Source: a virus | Lineage: Duplodnaviria; Caudoviricetes | Strand: one strand, 5' to 3' | DNA: 60,594 nt | IMG/VR virus record: IMGVR_UViG_3300042549_005527 | Coordinates: 1-60,594 of that record | Shown: positions 24,262 through 35,084 of the stretch, one piece after another | How the letters are laid out: each line of letters opens with the position of its first letter | Position numbering within the stretch: position 1 is the first letter of the stretch | Made by a program: the position numbers and the translations under genes | Notes under the pieces: generated by a model | The model's input: the letters and a program-made list of their open reading frames with translations, nothing else | The model's database searches: none | What the model was told of the DNA's origin: nothing

Positions 24262-25029
24262 TTAAAAGTACTGAATTGTGGGTCTCAAAGGGAAATAGCA
24301 CTCGTTGCGGTTCAACGGTAAATCTGTTCGGGCTTCGCAGTGTATACGGCCTACTCCTAGCCCAACAGCCAGTGCAAAGGCCTGGCTTTGATTGCCCACA
24401 AATGTTTCGGCCCCGGCAATGACCTGCGCCAATTCCAACATGTTTTGGGTAGGGTGATAGGGTATTTGCCATCCGGTCACACGTACAAATTCTGCATGTT
24501 CCTGGGCCAGACCCACAAACACAGCCTGTTGTTCCCAACCCTGAGCACGCCATTGACTCCATTGAGCACTGAGGGTCGCGGGGGTCCAGCGTTGGGTACG
24601 ATTGATCACTATGGGTCTGCCGGGTATTGGCATGGGGGTGGGCACAGTGAGCCAGGGTTCACTGCTGACTGTTCGAGCCGCGTCGCTGCTGAGTCCAAAC
24701 ACTGCGGCATACAGGGTCACGTAGTCGCTGGGGTGGTTCACAAAGGCCGGTCTAAATCGGTCCAGGTTGTGTGTGATTTCCACATCGGGTGTCAGGGTAT
24801 CAAATCGGCGGATGTAGCCCTGTGCCTGCATGAACGACTGCATGTACTCAAAATCCCCTTGGGTCATGCGACCCTGGTGGAACGGTGCTGGGGGTGACCC
24901 ATAATAGTGCTGGCCTATCCAATCCATTTGGTTCAGGTGCAGATAGAACTCACCACCGCCAAAGTGTTTCACAATTGGCAAACTGTAGATCAAGTCGCCT
25001 AGGGCGCCGGAATGTTTAAATCGTTTCAT
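24262..25029 (-). CDS. GT9-like glycosyltransferase
   Basis: HSGALGDLIYSLP; LELAQVIAGAETFVGNQS..ALA.GLG. Confidence 0.75.
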   Translation of the reverse strand: MKRFKHSGALGDLIYSLPIVKHFGGGEFYLHLNQMDWIGQHYYGSPPAPFHQGRMTQGDFEYMQSFMQAQGYIRRFDTLTPDVEITHNLDRFRPAFVNHPSDYVTLYAAVFGLSSDAARTVSSEPWLTVPTPMPIPGRPIVINRTQRWTPATLSAQWSQWRAQGWEQQAVFVGLAQEHAEFVRVTGWQIPYHPTQNMLELAQVIAGAETFVGNQSQAFALAVGLGVGRIHCEARTDLPLNRNECYFPLRPTIQYF

Positions 25030-25118
25030 AATATGTGTATTTAATACGCTGATGTCTGCGAGAAAAAAAATGTGACTAAATACGAGTTATTGAAACTTTT
25101 CTAGGAAAACTACACGTC

Positions 25119-28100
25119 ATGAGTGAAAAAAAATACTACGCTATTGGGTCCACTAGCCCTGAAGGTTGGGAACGTCTACATGCTATCATGACCCAGGATG
25201 GTACACTGGATGACAACATACCGTCTAGAGCTGTAGAATGCACTGACCTCAAAGAACACAGTCCAACCCGGGCAGTGTACCTGTTGGATGATGAAGAAGC
25301 AGCACAGGTTGCCGCGCACCCAGACATACAGTTTATCCAAATAGATCGATCTCAATACCCGGACCTGTACCCACCACGTCCGGACGAACTGCACTGGAGC
25401 GCCAGATACGCAACTCCGGCAAAACATCATAGAGATTTTGGTGTTGGCGGTTATCCTAATCCTACCACTACAGCAGATATCAACAGAGCAGGCTACCAAG
25501 TGCTGCGTGGATCGACATATGAGAATCCTTGGGCTGCTTCCTCTTCTGCTACCATCCTCAGCACTGTAACAAATGCAACAGGCGGCACTGGAATTGATAT
25601 CGATGTTATTGTGGGCGACGAAGGCTGCTGGCTAGGACACGTGGAATTTGCCAACAACACAGGCAATGGGCCTGTGGATTATAAATGGGCCAATGCGGGT
25701 AACTTGCTGTCTAGTACCGGTACCTGTGATGTATTGGATGTGGTGCTGGACGGACCTTACTACATAGATCCTGCTTGGTTTAACGCCAACCCTGGCACTA
25801 GATTGACCACACGCTGGGATGGTTCAGTATTGCCAGTTGAATCAGTGGCTAGAGATTGGTGGGGTAATGCAAGTCAGCGTTCTTCACAGTTTGCTGGTGC
25901 CGGAACAGTTGCAATACCATCGTCATATACTAGAGCAAACACTTCTGGTTCTAATCTTGCAAAGCCCACCGGCAATAGTGATGGTAACCACGGAACCCCT
26001 TGCTCGGCTCAAACCTATGGTCGAACACACGGCTGGGCTTACAATGCCAACAAGTGGGTGATTGATGCCTATGGCGGTTATGGATTCGGTATCAACGTAG
26101 ATCTCTATTTTGATGTGATGAAAATATTTCATCTCAACAAGCCGATAAATCCTGTACACGGTAATAGGAATCCTACTATTTCAAGCAACAGTTGGGGATT
26201 TAGAGCAACACAAGGATCAAGCGGAAATTATTACTTCCGTCAAGGCACAACTGGCGCAGGCGGAGTGGCATATTCTTCAAAACCCAGATTCATGCAGTAT
26301 CTTGGTAGTACAGGTGACGGTGGTAGATTCAAAGGCGAAATGCTGACCAACAATTTAACTGTGGCTGGTGACGAATTGATTGCATCGGGTGTTATATTTG
26401 TTGTGGCTGCTGGCAACAGCAATCAACAGCAAGTGAGTTCTAGCCATCCTAATTTTAACAACTATTGGAGTTCGAGTCCAGCTACTCCGCTGGCCAGTGC
26501 AACTCATGACGAGTTTGGTTCTTTCTGTTACAACACTACCAACCGCAGAGGATTCCCGCAACAGTTGGGCAAGTACACCACAGGAACCACTGTGGTATAT
26601 CCTGCAATCAATATTGGTGCCCTAGATGACAATTATCAACTTGATGGTAAAGAACGCAAGGTAAACTACAGCGACATGGGCAATGAAATTGATGTGTTTA
26701 CTCCAGGGGATGGCACACTCAGTGCAAATATGGGGTCTGGACTTTTAGTACCAAGGCATGATCAGAGAGCAGGCGGATTAACATCTTACGATGGTAGATT
26801 TAGTGGTACCAGTTCCGCATGTCCTACAGCAGCAGGTATGATTGCCACAGCACTAGAATTCAACAGAACTTGGACTTGGCAAGATGTAAGAACTTGGCTA
26901 GGTCTGCTAACAAATCAATCTGCTTCAACCTTTTATCAAGGAGTTGATCCTGCAAGTGCAACTGATGTTGCATGGAGTGATCTGAACAGTTTAATGGGTG
27001 CTGCTCCTCGGGTTCTTTACAACAGTCTTCCTGTTGTTTCTTCAATGACTCTCACAGTGGCTGTGTCGACTGTATCAGTTCCTGCTTATTCAGTATTGAG
27101 TCCTGTTACTCCTGTTGTTGCTTCCAATGGTGTTGCTCCATATGTGTACAGCATTGCTCCAACAGTGCCTGCAGGCATTCTGTACAGCACATCAACTGGA
27201 GCATTATCGGGTAGTCCAACAGTGTTATCATCCACTACTAGTTATACTGTAACTGTGCGCGATGCTGAGTTGACTGTAAAGACTGCACAATTCTCAATAG
27301 CTGTTACTGCAACTGTGTTAACAACTGTGGTAAACGTTCCTAGCACTTCTGTTAGCCCATTGATTGCGTTTACTCCTTTTGTACCAGTTACTGCCACTGG
27401 CGGCAACGGCAATGTGACTTTGGCAGTATCTCCAGCCATGCCCAGTGGTATTGTTTACAACACAACAACAGGCGCAGTATCTGGCACACCAGCTTCTGCG
27501 TTTTCCAATACCTATGCTGTAACTGCCACTGATCAATTGGAACAAAAAAGCACAGGTACATTCAACTTTTCTTCAGTGTCAATTCCACTGTCGTTGACAC
27601 TGAATACTGCTACAAAAACCCTAACGGTATTTCAGTCAGTAACTCCATTTGTACCAGTCAGTGCCACAGGCGGCAACGGAATCAAAACATGGTCAGTGTC
27701 TCCTGCTTTGCCTGCTGGACTATCATTGAACACTGCCACTGGTACTATAATTGGAACACCTACTGCATCTATTGTTGCTACCAGTTATGTTGTGAGAGTA
27801 ACTGATCAGCTTGGACTAACTGATACCAGAACATTTGTGCTATCTGTAGAAGCGCCTGCACTGACAACTACACTGACCATATCGAGAGTATTGTTTTTCC
27901 CCGATATTGCAATTGATCCATTCTCGCCAGTCACAGTCAGCAGCAGTGCTGGCAGTGTAACATTTTCAGTCAGCCCGCCGTTGCCAGATGGATTGACATT
28001 GAATACTGGAACTGGTGTAATTTCAGGTACACCCACAGTGACCGGACGTTCCAATGTGTATACCATATTGGTAGTTGATCAAGTAGGACAACAATCCGTT

Positions 28101-30206
28101 AGATCTTTTAGATTAAAAATCAAATCCAAATTAGATCTAATAGATGCAGACGACCAGAACATTGTGTATGATCGTTTGTTTTCCTTAATGGGTACAACAG
28201 TTACCGGCTACGGTGCAATACCAGCCAGTGAGCCAGTTGATTACGGTCAGATAGTAAGAGATGAAGATTGGGACAAGATGTATGATGACTTGATCAGAGT
28301 CAAGATACACCAGTATGGAGTTGACACAAACAATTTGTTGATTGCAGATCCCGGCAACATAGTATTGGACGGAGTTCAAGATAGAATCTATACATGGTCG
28401 CAACTGCACCTGGCCACATCTTCTACAGTTCATCCTTCTCAATTGTCCAGCATGACAGTGAACACCAACGAAATGAGTCCACCTGAATGGATTTCTGAAT
28501 ACGAGGATCCTGATACCTGGACCAATATAACCGGTAATGGTTATATCGCAGCAGCAGGTTTTACCTGGTTTAGACCTGCACAATTGAATTATTTTTTCAA
28601 TCTTGGCGGATCTATAACACCGCAAATTTCTTTGGGACAAGGAACAATAAGAGATTATATTGCTTGGGATCCTTTGGTACAAGCTGCCAATCAATTGAAA
28701 TTTTCCAAGACACAGTTTTATTCAGCACTTAACAGTTTGGATAAGTCCTTTGTGCAGGTTGTGAGAGGGCCTGGCAATATTGGTTCTGTTACCACTACCA
28801 GCACATATTCGGCCAATGCTATCATTATCAAGTATCAGATTGTGGACAGTAGAATACTTGCCAGTATACAATTTGTTGCAAGTTTTAGTGATAAAAAGAA
28901 GAAGAAGAACAAAAAGAAAAAGGGCGGAAACAACATTGTAGTTAGACTACAGGTCAATACCAACTTTTTGACAAGATACAGCAACAACCTCTCCGGTGGC
29001 ATTGCTGCACCTGTTCCTCAAACTCAATTGATCAACGACTGTCTGAGTATCGACACTCGTCCAGTTGATCCGTTTGTGTTTGCAACTGGATCTTCCAACG
29101 GCCCACGCAACATTGTTCTACGCAACAACTCCACACAAACTTGTAATATTTCCAATGTGTTTTTAACAGGTTATACCACTGGTACTGTGAGTCCAACGGT
29201 GTTGACAATACCTCCAAACAGTTCTGGTTCTATTAATCTGTCCTACAGCGGCAACACTGCTGGACTGTTTAAAGGATTTGTCAACATTGAATCCAACGTG
29301 AACAATTTTACCATATTCACACAGGTTGAAGTTGGATCCATAACACCTCCAGCATTGAATTTAACAACAGGCACGCTTGATATTGTATCTCAGGATTTTG
29401 TTGTAGACATGGTGGGCGGGGCATATGAAAAGTTTGATGCAGAACTATCACGATTGGGCAACGGATTTGGATTTACTGAACATGTAGAAACTGTGGCAGC
29501 AGAAACAATGGATCGATTCAATGTGACATTTGATCCTCGAGATCTTGCAACTGGAACATATGTTACCACTGCAACAGTAACAGTGTATCCGTTGGACAAC
29601 AACAGTGAGGTTGCTGTGTTCAAAGTACCAGTCAACATCAATCTAAACATTCGTCGTTACAACATTGCTAGATGGTCCAGCGCACTGGGTCCGCAGACCA
29701 GCGCACTGGGTTTGAGTTTTGATTACATAGATGGTAAAAGATATCTAACAGTGGGCATAGGTACCAATAGTCCTGTGCTGTCACAACTAGGTACCACTAG
29801 CACATTCGGAACTTGGTCAGAAGTTTCTAGAATGATCATTGAAGATCGTATGGAAACATTGCACTCTGCAGAATATTTGATCAAAAGTGATTCCAATTAT
29901 GGTTCCAATTTTGGAATAGGTGCTGCATTTGGATCTATTGTCACTGTGAAAAATCAAAAGTATGGCAATATAGAAATACTAATGAACCCTGCAAGATATC
30001 CCGGTGATGATGTTGCAACAACAAACATAGTAAAATTCTTGTCCAGTGCATTCTACTATTTTGATCCAACAGTCAATCGAATAACACAATTGGAAACAGC
30101 AACTCAATTGTCCAATGGCGGGTACACTAGATATTTCAACACATTTGACAAGGATGGATCCGTTGTGACCAGCTTGGTTGTGCCCAACGGTGGGCTGATC
30201 AACTGA
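25119..30206 (+). CDS. Subtilisin-like (S8) peptidase fused to putative Ig repeats; probable virion protein
   Basis: Triad motifs VIVGDEG, NHGT.CS, FSGTSSACP; oxyanion AAGN; four SPALP.GL.LNT.TG.I.GTPT repeats; upstream TAAATA core. Confidence 0.85.
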   Translation: MSEKKYYAIGSTSPEGWERLHAIMTQDGTLDDNIPSRAVECTDLKEHSPTRAVYLLDDEEAAQVAAHPDIQFIQIDRSQYPDLYPPRPDELHWSARYATPAKHHRDFGVGGYPNPTTTADINRAGYQVLRGSTYENPWAASSSATILSTVTNATGGTGIDIDVIVGDEGCWLGHVEFANNTGNGPVDYKWANAGNLLSSTGTCDVLDVVLDGPYYIDPAWFNANPGTRLTTRWDGSVLPVESVARDWWGNASQRSSQFAGAGTVAIPSSYTRANTSGSNLAKPTGNSDGNHGTPCSAQTYGRTHGWAYNANKWVIDAYGGYGFGINVDLYFDVMKIFHLNKPINPVHGNRNPTISSNSWGFRATQGSSGNYYFRQGTTGAGGVAYSSKPRFMQYLGSTGDGGRFKGEMLTNNLTVAGDELIASGVIFVVAAGNSNQQQVSSSHPNFNNYWSSSPATPLASATHDEFGSFCYNTTNRRGFPQQLGKYTTGTTVVYPAINIGALDDNYQLDGKERKVNYSDMGNEIDVFTPGDGTLSANMGSGLLVPRHDQRAGGLTSYDGRFSGTSSACPTAAGMIATALEFNRTWTWQDVRTWLGLLTNQSASTFYQGVDPASATDVAWSDLNSLMGAAPRVLYNSLPVVSSMTLTVAVSTVSVPAYSVLSPVTPVVASNGVAPYVYSIAPTVPAGILYSTSTGALSGSPTVLSSTTSYTVTVRDAELTVKTAQFSIAVTATVLTTVVNVPSTSVSPLIAFTPFVPVTATGGNGNVTLAVSPAMPSGIVYNTTTGAVSGTPASAFSNTYAVTATDQLEQKSTGTFNFSSVSIPLSLTLNTATKTLTVFQSVTPFVPVSATGGNGIKTWSVSPALPAGLSLNTATGTIIGTPTASIVATSYVVRVTDQLGLTDTRTFVLSVEAPALTTTLTISRVLFFPDIAIDPFSPVTVSSSAGSVTFSVSPPLPDGLTLNTGTGVISGTPTVTGRSNVYTILVVDQVGQQSVRSFRLKIKSKLDLIDADDQNIVYDRLFSLMGTTVTGYGAIPASEPVDYGQIVRDEDWDKMYDDLIRVKIHQYGVDTNNLLIADPGNIVLDGVQDRIYTWSQLHLATSSTVHPSQLSSMTVNTNEMSPPEWISEYEDPDTWTNITGNGYIAAAGFTWFRPAQLNYFFNLGGSITPQISLGQGTIRDYIAWDPLVQAANQLKFSKTQFYSALNSLDKSFVQVVRGPGNIGSVTTTSTYSANAIIIKYQIVDSRILASIQFVASFSDKKKKKNKKKKGGNNIVVRLQVNTNFLTRYSNNLSGGIAAPVPQTQLINDCLSIDTRPVDPFVFATGSSNGPRNIVLRNNSTQTCNISNVFLTGYTTGTVSPTVLTIPPNSSGSINLSYSGNTAGLFKGFVNIESNVNNFTIFTQVEVGSITPPALNLTTGTLDIVSQDFVVDMVGGAYEKFDAELSRLGNGFGFTEHVETVAAETMDRFNVTFDPRDLATGTYVTTATVTVYPLDNNSEVAVFKVPVNINLNIRRYNIARWSSALGPQTSALGLSFDYIDGKRYLTVGIGTNSPVLSQLGTTSTFGTWSEVSRMIIEDRMETLHSAEYLIKSDSNYGSNFGIGAAFGSIVTVKNQKYGNIEILMNPARYPGDDVATTNIVKFLSSAFYYFDPTVNRITQLETATQLSNGGYTRYFNTFDKDGSVVTSLVVPNGGLIN

Positions 30207-30254
30207 TAATTCTAGAACACTACACCATCATTATGTACTAAGATAAATTAGTAT

Positions 30255-32492
30255 ATGTTTGCTGACATATATACCGTTCCATCTGCTGATGCTTACCTTG
30301 TGCCCTGGGAAGGGCGAGACCTAGAATACGATTTACAGTTGTATCTACTGGGACAAGGTCATGACGAATTTGTAGTTTTCAATCCTGAAGAAAATTTAGA
30401 CCTGTCGGTTGCAAAATATATAAAACACATACCCTACACAAGAAAATGTATTGTGTGGACTTATCAAGGCAAATGGATTGCAAAACTGTTCAAAGATGGT
30501 TGGTATCCGTATCACGGATATGAGACTTTTGAAATACAAAAACCCAATTACATCTGGCGTAAAAATCCAGACCTTGATAGATCAATGACATTTGATCAAA
30601 ATTTGTTTTCAACCTATGAACCAAATGACTGGGAACACCCTAGAAAACTGATTTGGTATATTGACAAACGATTCAATCCGTTGGAGGATGAAGTGTGGGC
30701 ATTCAGTTGCGAACCAGCCGACAGCAAACCAATCGACACAAAAACAATGGGTTATGTTACACCTTCTGTAACTGTTGAAGTAAACCAATACATACAACAA
30801 CTTGGATTGGATATTGATGTTGATAGTTGTTGTCCTGCATATTGGGAGTTGACAAACGAATGTGCATACGAACTTGACCCAGCACATCAAACTGATGAAA
30901 GACTTTGGGTCATCAAGTTTGTGCCTAATTGGAGAAGACCCAAAGAATGGAAATGGATGGGCACAATTTCTCCAACGATACAGATTGTGTACAATCCTGA
31001 CCTACCTGAGCTAAACTACAGCATAGAACACAGCATACCGTGGCATGATTTGAATTATGAACATGTGTGGATGCTAGACAGGTCTCACCTGACACATGGC
31101 GAGGAAGACATATGGGCATTTAAAATGATCATGTCCAACAGCGTAGTAGGTAGTAAAATTGTTGATTATATTACTCCAGACCTGGAAGTTGTGTACAATC
31201 CCGATTTGCCTGATCTAAACTACAATGTAGAATATCACATACCGTGGCATGACTTGAATTATGAACATGTGTGGATGCTAGACAGGTCTCACCTGACACA
31301 TGGCGAGGAAGATATATGGGCATTCAAAATGATCATGTCCAAAAATGTTGTGGGTAGTAAAATTGTCGATTATATTACTCCAGACCTGGAAGTTGTGTAC
31401 AACCCTGACCTACCTGAGCTAAACTACAGTATAGAATATCACATACCATGGCATGATTTGAATTATGAACATATGTGGATGTTGGACAAAAAACACACAC
31501 AATCCGCAGCAGAGCCAATCTGGGCAGTTCGTGTGTGTGCAACATCAGATGCTATAGGTACAAAAATTGTATCAGATGTTAGTCCTGTACACAATATAAA
31601 ATACAACAACAGTATCAAGGCTCTTGAACTTGATCCTGTGGCTGACCACATTGTTCAACACTACGATTTTGAATATGAAAATGTCTGGTACACCATGATA
31701 GACAATGAAAAGATATGGGTAGCCAAACTGTCAGTATCAGATTCTGTTGTTGGCACCAAAGAAGTTGCAGTAATTACACCAAACTTGCCTGATAGACTTG
31801 ATGTTATTTTTATCAGTTATGGAGAACCCAATGCAGAAACAAATTGGAATAGAGTATTGGAAAAAGCACCTCATGCAAAACGCATAACAGGTGTTGCCGG
31901 AATTCTGGAGGCACATCGTGCTGCTGCCAAACTGTCAAATACCAATATGTTCTATGTGGTAGATGGGGATGCGTATCTGTTTAAAAGTTGGGAATTTAAT
32001 TTCGTGCCCGGTGTTTTTGATCAAGACTGTACTTATATATGGAGTGCAAAAAATCCATTAGTTGAGTTGACTTACGGCCACGGAGGTGTTAAACTGTTTG
32101 CTAAGTCTAAGTTGTTGAAGCTGAAAAAATGGCGAACACTGGACATGACCACGAGTGTTTCAGAAAAAATCAAAGTCATGAGTGATATCAGTAACTGGAC
32201 AGCATTCAACACAGACAACTACAGCACATGGAGAACAGTGTTTAGAGAATGTGTCAAGCTGTCGGTGAACATGCATCGATATCCAGATAATCCTGAACAC
32301 CAATTGCGATTGGACAAATGGAAATCGGTTGATGCTGCTGTGCCGTTTGGTAATTATGCCAAAGATGCTCATGCATGTGCCGTTGAATTTGTCAATCAAC
32401 ATGTGAACAATTATGAAATGTTGATGAACATTAACGATAGATCCTGGTTAGAAGAGACTTTTAAAAAAACTTGTAAAGTAAAACAACAATGA
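30255..32492 (+). CDS. Repeat-containing protein with C-terminal GT-A-like glycosyltransferase domain
   Basis: 68-aa repeats; DVIFISY.EPNA..NW, AH.AAA, FYVVDGD, YGHGGVKL. Confidence 0.7.
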   Translation: MFADIYTVPSADAYLVPWEGRDLEYDLQLYLLGQGHDEFVVFNPEENLDLSVAKYIKHIPYTRKCIVWTYQGKWIAKLFKDGWYPYHGYETFEIQKPNYIWRKNPDLDRSMTFDQNLFSTYEPNDWEHPRKLIWYIDKRFNPLEDEVWAFSCEPADSKPIDTKTMGYVTPSVTVEVNQYIQQLGLDIDVDSCCPAYWELTNECAYELDPAHQTDERLWVIKFVPNWRRPKEWKWMGTISPTIQIVYNPDLPELNYSIEHSIPWHDLNYEHVWMLDRSHLTHGEEDIWAFKMIMSNSVVGSKIVDYITPDLEVVYNPDLPDLNYNVEYHIPWHDLNYEHVWMLDRSHLTHGEEDIWAFKMIMSKNVVGSKIVDYITPDLEVVYNPDLPELNYSIEYHIPWHDLNYEHMWMLDKKHTQSAAEPIWAVRVCATSDAIGTKIVSDVSPVHNIKYNNSIKALELDPVADHIVQHYDFEYENVWYTMIDNEKIWVAKLSVSDSVVGTKEVAVITPNLPDRLDVIFISYGEPNAETNWNRVLEKAPHAKRITGVAGILEAHRAAAKLSNTNMFYVVDGDAYLFKSWEFNFVPGVFDQDCTYIWSAKNPLVELTYGHGGVKLFAKSKLLKLKKWRTLDMTTSVSEKIKVMSDISNWTAFNTDNYSTWRTVFRECVKLSVNMHRYPDNPEHQLRLDKWKSVDAAVPFGNYAKDAHACAVEFVNQHVNNYEMLMNINDRSWLEETFKKTCKVKQQ
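30987..31490 (+). repeat. 204-bp intragenic tandem repeat, about 2.5 near-identical copies
   Basis: Units start at 30987, 31191 and 31395 (VYNPDLP.LNY..E..IPWHDLNYEH.WMLD). Confidence 0.9.
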
Positions 32493-33874
32493 ATGAAAAT
32501 TTAGGCGACAGAATAAGAACAGTAATACCGATCATCAATGATGTGAGTCCGACATTTTGTTTGGCCAAATGGTATCATACAAATCTTTATCTCCAGACTG
32601 GAGAAACTCACAGTTGCTATCATCCAGCACCACACAAGATATCCATTGACGAAATCAAAAAAACACCAGATGCACTGCACAACACCATGCACAAGAAGGT
32701 TGAACGCAGTGAAATGCTGACAGGTGTTCAAACCAAAGGATGCAAATACTGTTGGAACATTGAAAATCTGCAACAAGATCATCTAAGTGATCGACACCTA
32801 AGGTCTGCTGCAATCTACACAGACGAACGATTCAAAACAGCATCAACTGGCAAGTGGGATCAAAGCATCAATCCTGAGTATGTGGAAATATCATTTGGTA
32901 ACGAATGCAATTTCAAATGCGGTTATTGCCATCCCAAGGCCAGTAGTCGTTTCTACAACGAAATCAAACAACACGGTCCTGTTGAATCTGTTGTGAATCA
33001 CAGATGCGATATTGATTATCTAAAAATATACGAGCGCGAAGAAGAAAACCCCTATGTGGATGCATGGTGGAAGTGGTGGCCTACCATGCGTAAGGACCTT
33101 ACCATCTTGCGTATCACTGGTGGCGAACCTTTGATGCATACCAGCACATGGAAATTGTTGGACAGTGTGCAAGAAGATCCCATGCCTTGGCTAGAACTGA
33201 ACATCAACAGCAACATGGGCATCAAGCCTGCATTGGTTAACAAGATGGTTGGCAAGGTCAATGCTATCGTTGCCAGCAACAGCATCAAAGACTTCAAACT
33301 GTTTACCAGTATTGACACCTGGGGGGCTCGTGCAGAATATATTAGAACAGGATTGGATCTAAAAATATGGGAACAGAATCTTAATTCTTATCTAACAGGC
33401 ACAGGACAGCCGATTAGTTTTATGATAACATTTAATATTTTGTCTGTGACCACTTTCAAACAGTTGCTTGTAAAGATACTGGAATGGAGACAACAGTACA
33501 ATCCTTACAATAAAACTCAGAATCCTCAAATGATTAGATTTGACACACCCTACCTGAAAGAACCCTTGCAGTATGATATGAACATCTTGCCCAAGGATCA
33601 GTTCATGATGTACATGGATGACAGTCTTGCATTCATGCAGAGCAATGTCGATGACACAGATGTTAACAAGTTTACCAGTGTTGAATTTGAAAAGTTCAGG
33701 AGAGTTGTGGACTACATGAGATCCACAGAGTATGCAGAAGAAACTTTACACCAAGGTCGTAAAGATTTTTACAATTGGTTTTCTGAACTGGACCGCCGTC
33801 GCGGCACCAACTTTGAAAAGACATTTCCGGAACTTGGTAATTTCTTTATGGAATGTGAGATGCTGAATGGATAA
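32489..33874 (+). CDS. Radical SAM protein with N-terminal twitch-like Cys domain
   Basis: CNFKCGYC, TGGEP; N-terminal CLAKW..SCYH..CKYC. Confidence 0.88.
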   Translation: MNENLGDRIRTVIPIINDVSPTFCLAKWYHTNLYLQTGETHSCYHPAPHKISIDEIKKTPDALHNTMHKKVERSEMLTGVQTKGCKYCWNIENLQQDHLSDRHLRSAAIYTDERFKTASTGKWDQSINPEYVEISFGNECNFKCGYCHPKASSRFYNEIKQHGPVESVVNHRCDIDYLKIYEREEENPYVDAWWKWWPTMRKDLTILRITGGEPLMHTSTWKLLDSVQEDPMPWLELNINSNMGIKPALVNKMVGKVNAIVASNSIKDFKLFTSIDTWGARAEYIRTGLDLKIWEQNLNSYLTGTGQPISFMITFNILSVTTFKQLLVKILEWRQQYNPYNKTQNPQMIRFDTPYLKEPLQYDMNILPKDQFMMYMDDSLAFMQSNVDDTDVNKFTSVEFEKFRRVVDYMRSTEYAEETLHQGRKDFYNWFSELDRRRGTNFEKTFPELGNFFMECEMLNG

Positions 33875-35084
33875 GAATTCACTGCTAAAAGAAAGCAAAG
33901 TGTTTTGCATGGCTCCATGGGTTCATATGCACACTAGTCCTGTGGGCAATGCCTTTTCGTGTTGTATTGCAAAGAACTTTTTTGGATCATCGTTGAATAC
34001 TTCAGTTGAGGGTCTGGTAAACTCTGATCATATGAAACAGATGCGTGTCGACATGCTGAACGGAGTTGAAGTTCCTACCTGTAGTTCTTGTTATCAGCAT
34101 GAACAACAAGGTGTTAATTCTTTTAGAACGCAATTCAACAGTCGATTTGAAAAGAACTTTGATGAAGTGATTGCTGATACCGCAACCGACGGGCACATTG
34201 GCAACTTCAAAATGCGTTATTTTGATATCAGGTTCAACAATATTTGCAACATGAAATGCAGAACTTGCAATTCTAACTTTAGTTCGCAATGGGAACAAGA
34301 GGATCTAAAACGCAAAGTGGAATATGCTCAGGTATTGCCCAAGAACAACAGCACTGAATTTGTACAAGAAGTATTAGAACATGTTCCTTATATGGAATAT
34401 GCTTATTTTGCCGGTGGCGAAAGTTTGATAACAGAAGAGCATTATATTCTGTTAGAAGAAATGATCAAACAAGGGCGTACTGATATTGCATTGTCCTACA
34501 ATTCCAATGTCAGCAATTTGAAATTCAAAGACAAGGACATTGTAAGTCTTTGGTCCAAGTTCTCTAGGCCGGTGGAAATATCAGCCAGCATTGATCACTA
34601 CGGTGAACGTGCAGAATACATACGGCATGGAACTGATTGGGGACAAGTTGAAAGCAATCTGTTTAAATTAAAGCAGGTACCAAATGTCAAGCTGTCAATG
34701 AACACAGTGGTCAGTATTTTCAATTATGCCACACTGGGACAATTCTATCAGTACTTGATTGACCAGCAGATATTCACTGCAAGCTCTCCAGTGTTTGGAT
34801 CTTATAGTATGACCAGTCCTGAGCAATTTACAGCACAGGCGCTACCAGTAGAGTTAAAAAATATTGGAACATTAGAATTACAGCAGTTAATTGAGAGAAT
34901 GACAGCTAATAAATTTCCTAGTTCTCATACTGAATCTATCGGATCTAATATTAAATGGGTACATGCAAGTAACATGTGGGAAACTTATAAAAATAAATTT
35001 CAGGAAGAAATACAAACAATAGATAAAGTAAGAGGAGAAGACTTTATCAAAGTGTTTCCTGAATTGTCTAAGTTATTTGATTGA
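33867..35084 (+). CDS. Radical SAM protein with N-terminal twitch-like Cys domain
   Basis: CNMKCRTC, AGGE; N-terminal CMAPW..CC..CSSC. Confidence 0.88.
   Translation: MDKNSLLKESKVFCMAPWVHMHTSPVGNAFSCCIAKNFFGSSLNTSVEGLVNSDHMKQMRVDMLNGVEVPTCSSCYQHEQQGVNSFRTQFNSRFEKNFDEVIADTATDGHIGNFKMRYFDIRFNNICNMKCRTCNSNFSSQWEQEDLKRKVEYAQVLPKNNSTEFVQEVLEHVPYMEYAYFAGGESLITEEHYILLEEMIKQGRTDIALSYNSNVSNLKFKDKDIVSLWSKFSRPVEISASIDHYGERAEYIRHGTDWGQVESNLFKLKQVPNVKLSMNTVVSIFNYATLGQFYQYLIDQQIFTASSPVFGSYSMTSPEQFTAQALPVELKNIGTLELQQLIERMTANKFPSSHTESIGSNIKWVHASNMWETYKNKFQEEIQTIDKVRGEDFIKVFPELSKLFD

Noticed and set aside
7466-24562. Long N-terminal extensions in the ORF track (starts at 8401, 9465, 11225, 12646, 21581, 24562)
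   Set aside because: They run through the promoter (translated as PCYNT-like text); downstream ATGs fit the RBS or TSS
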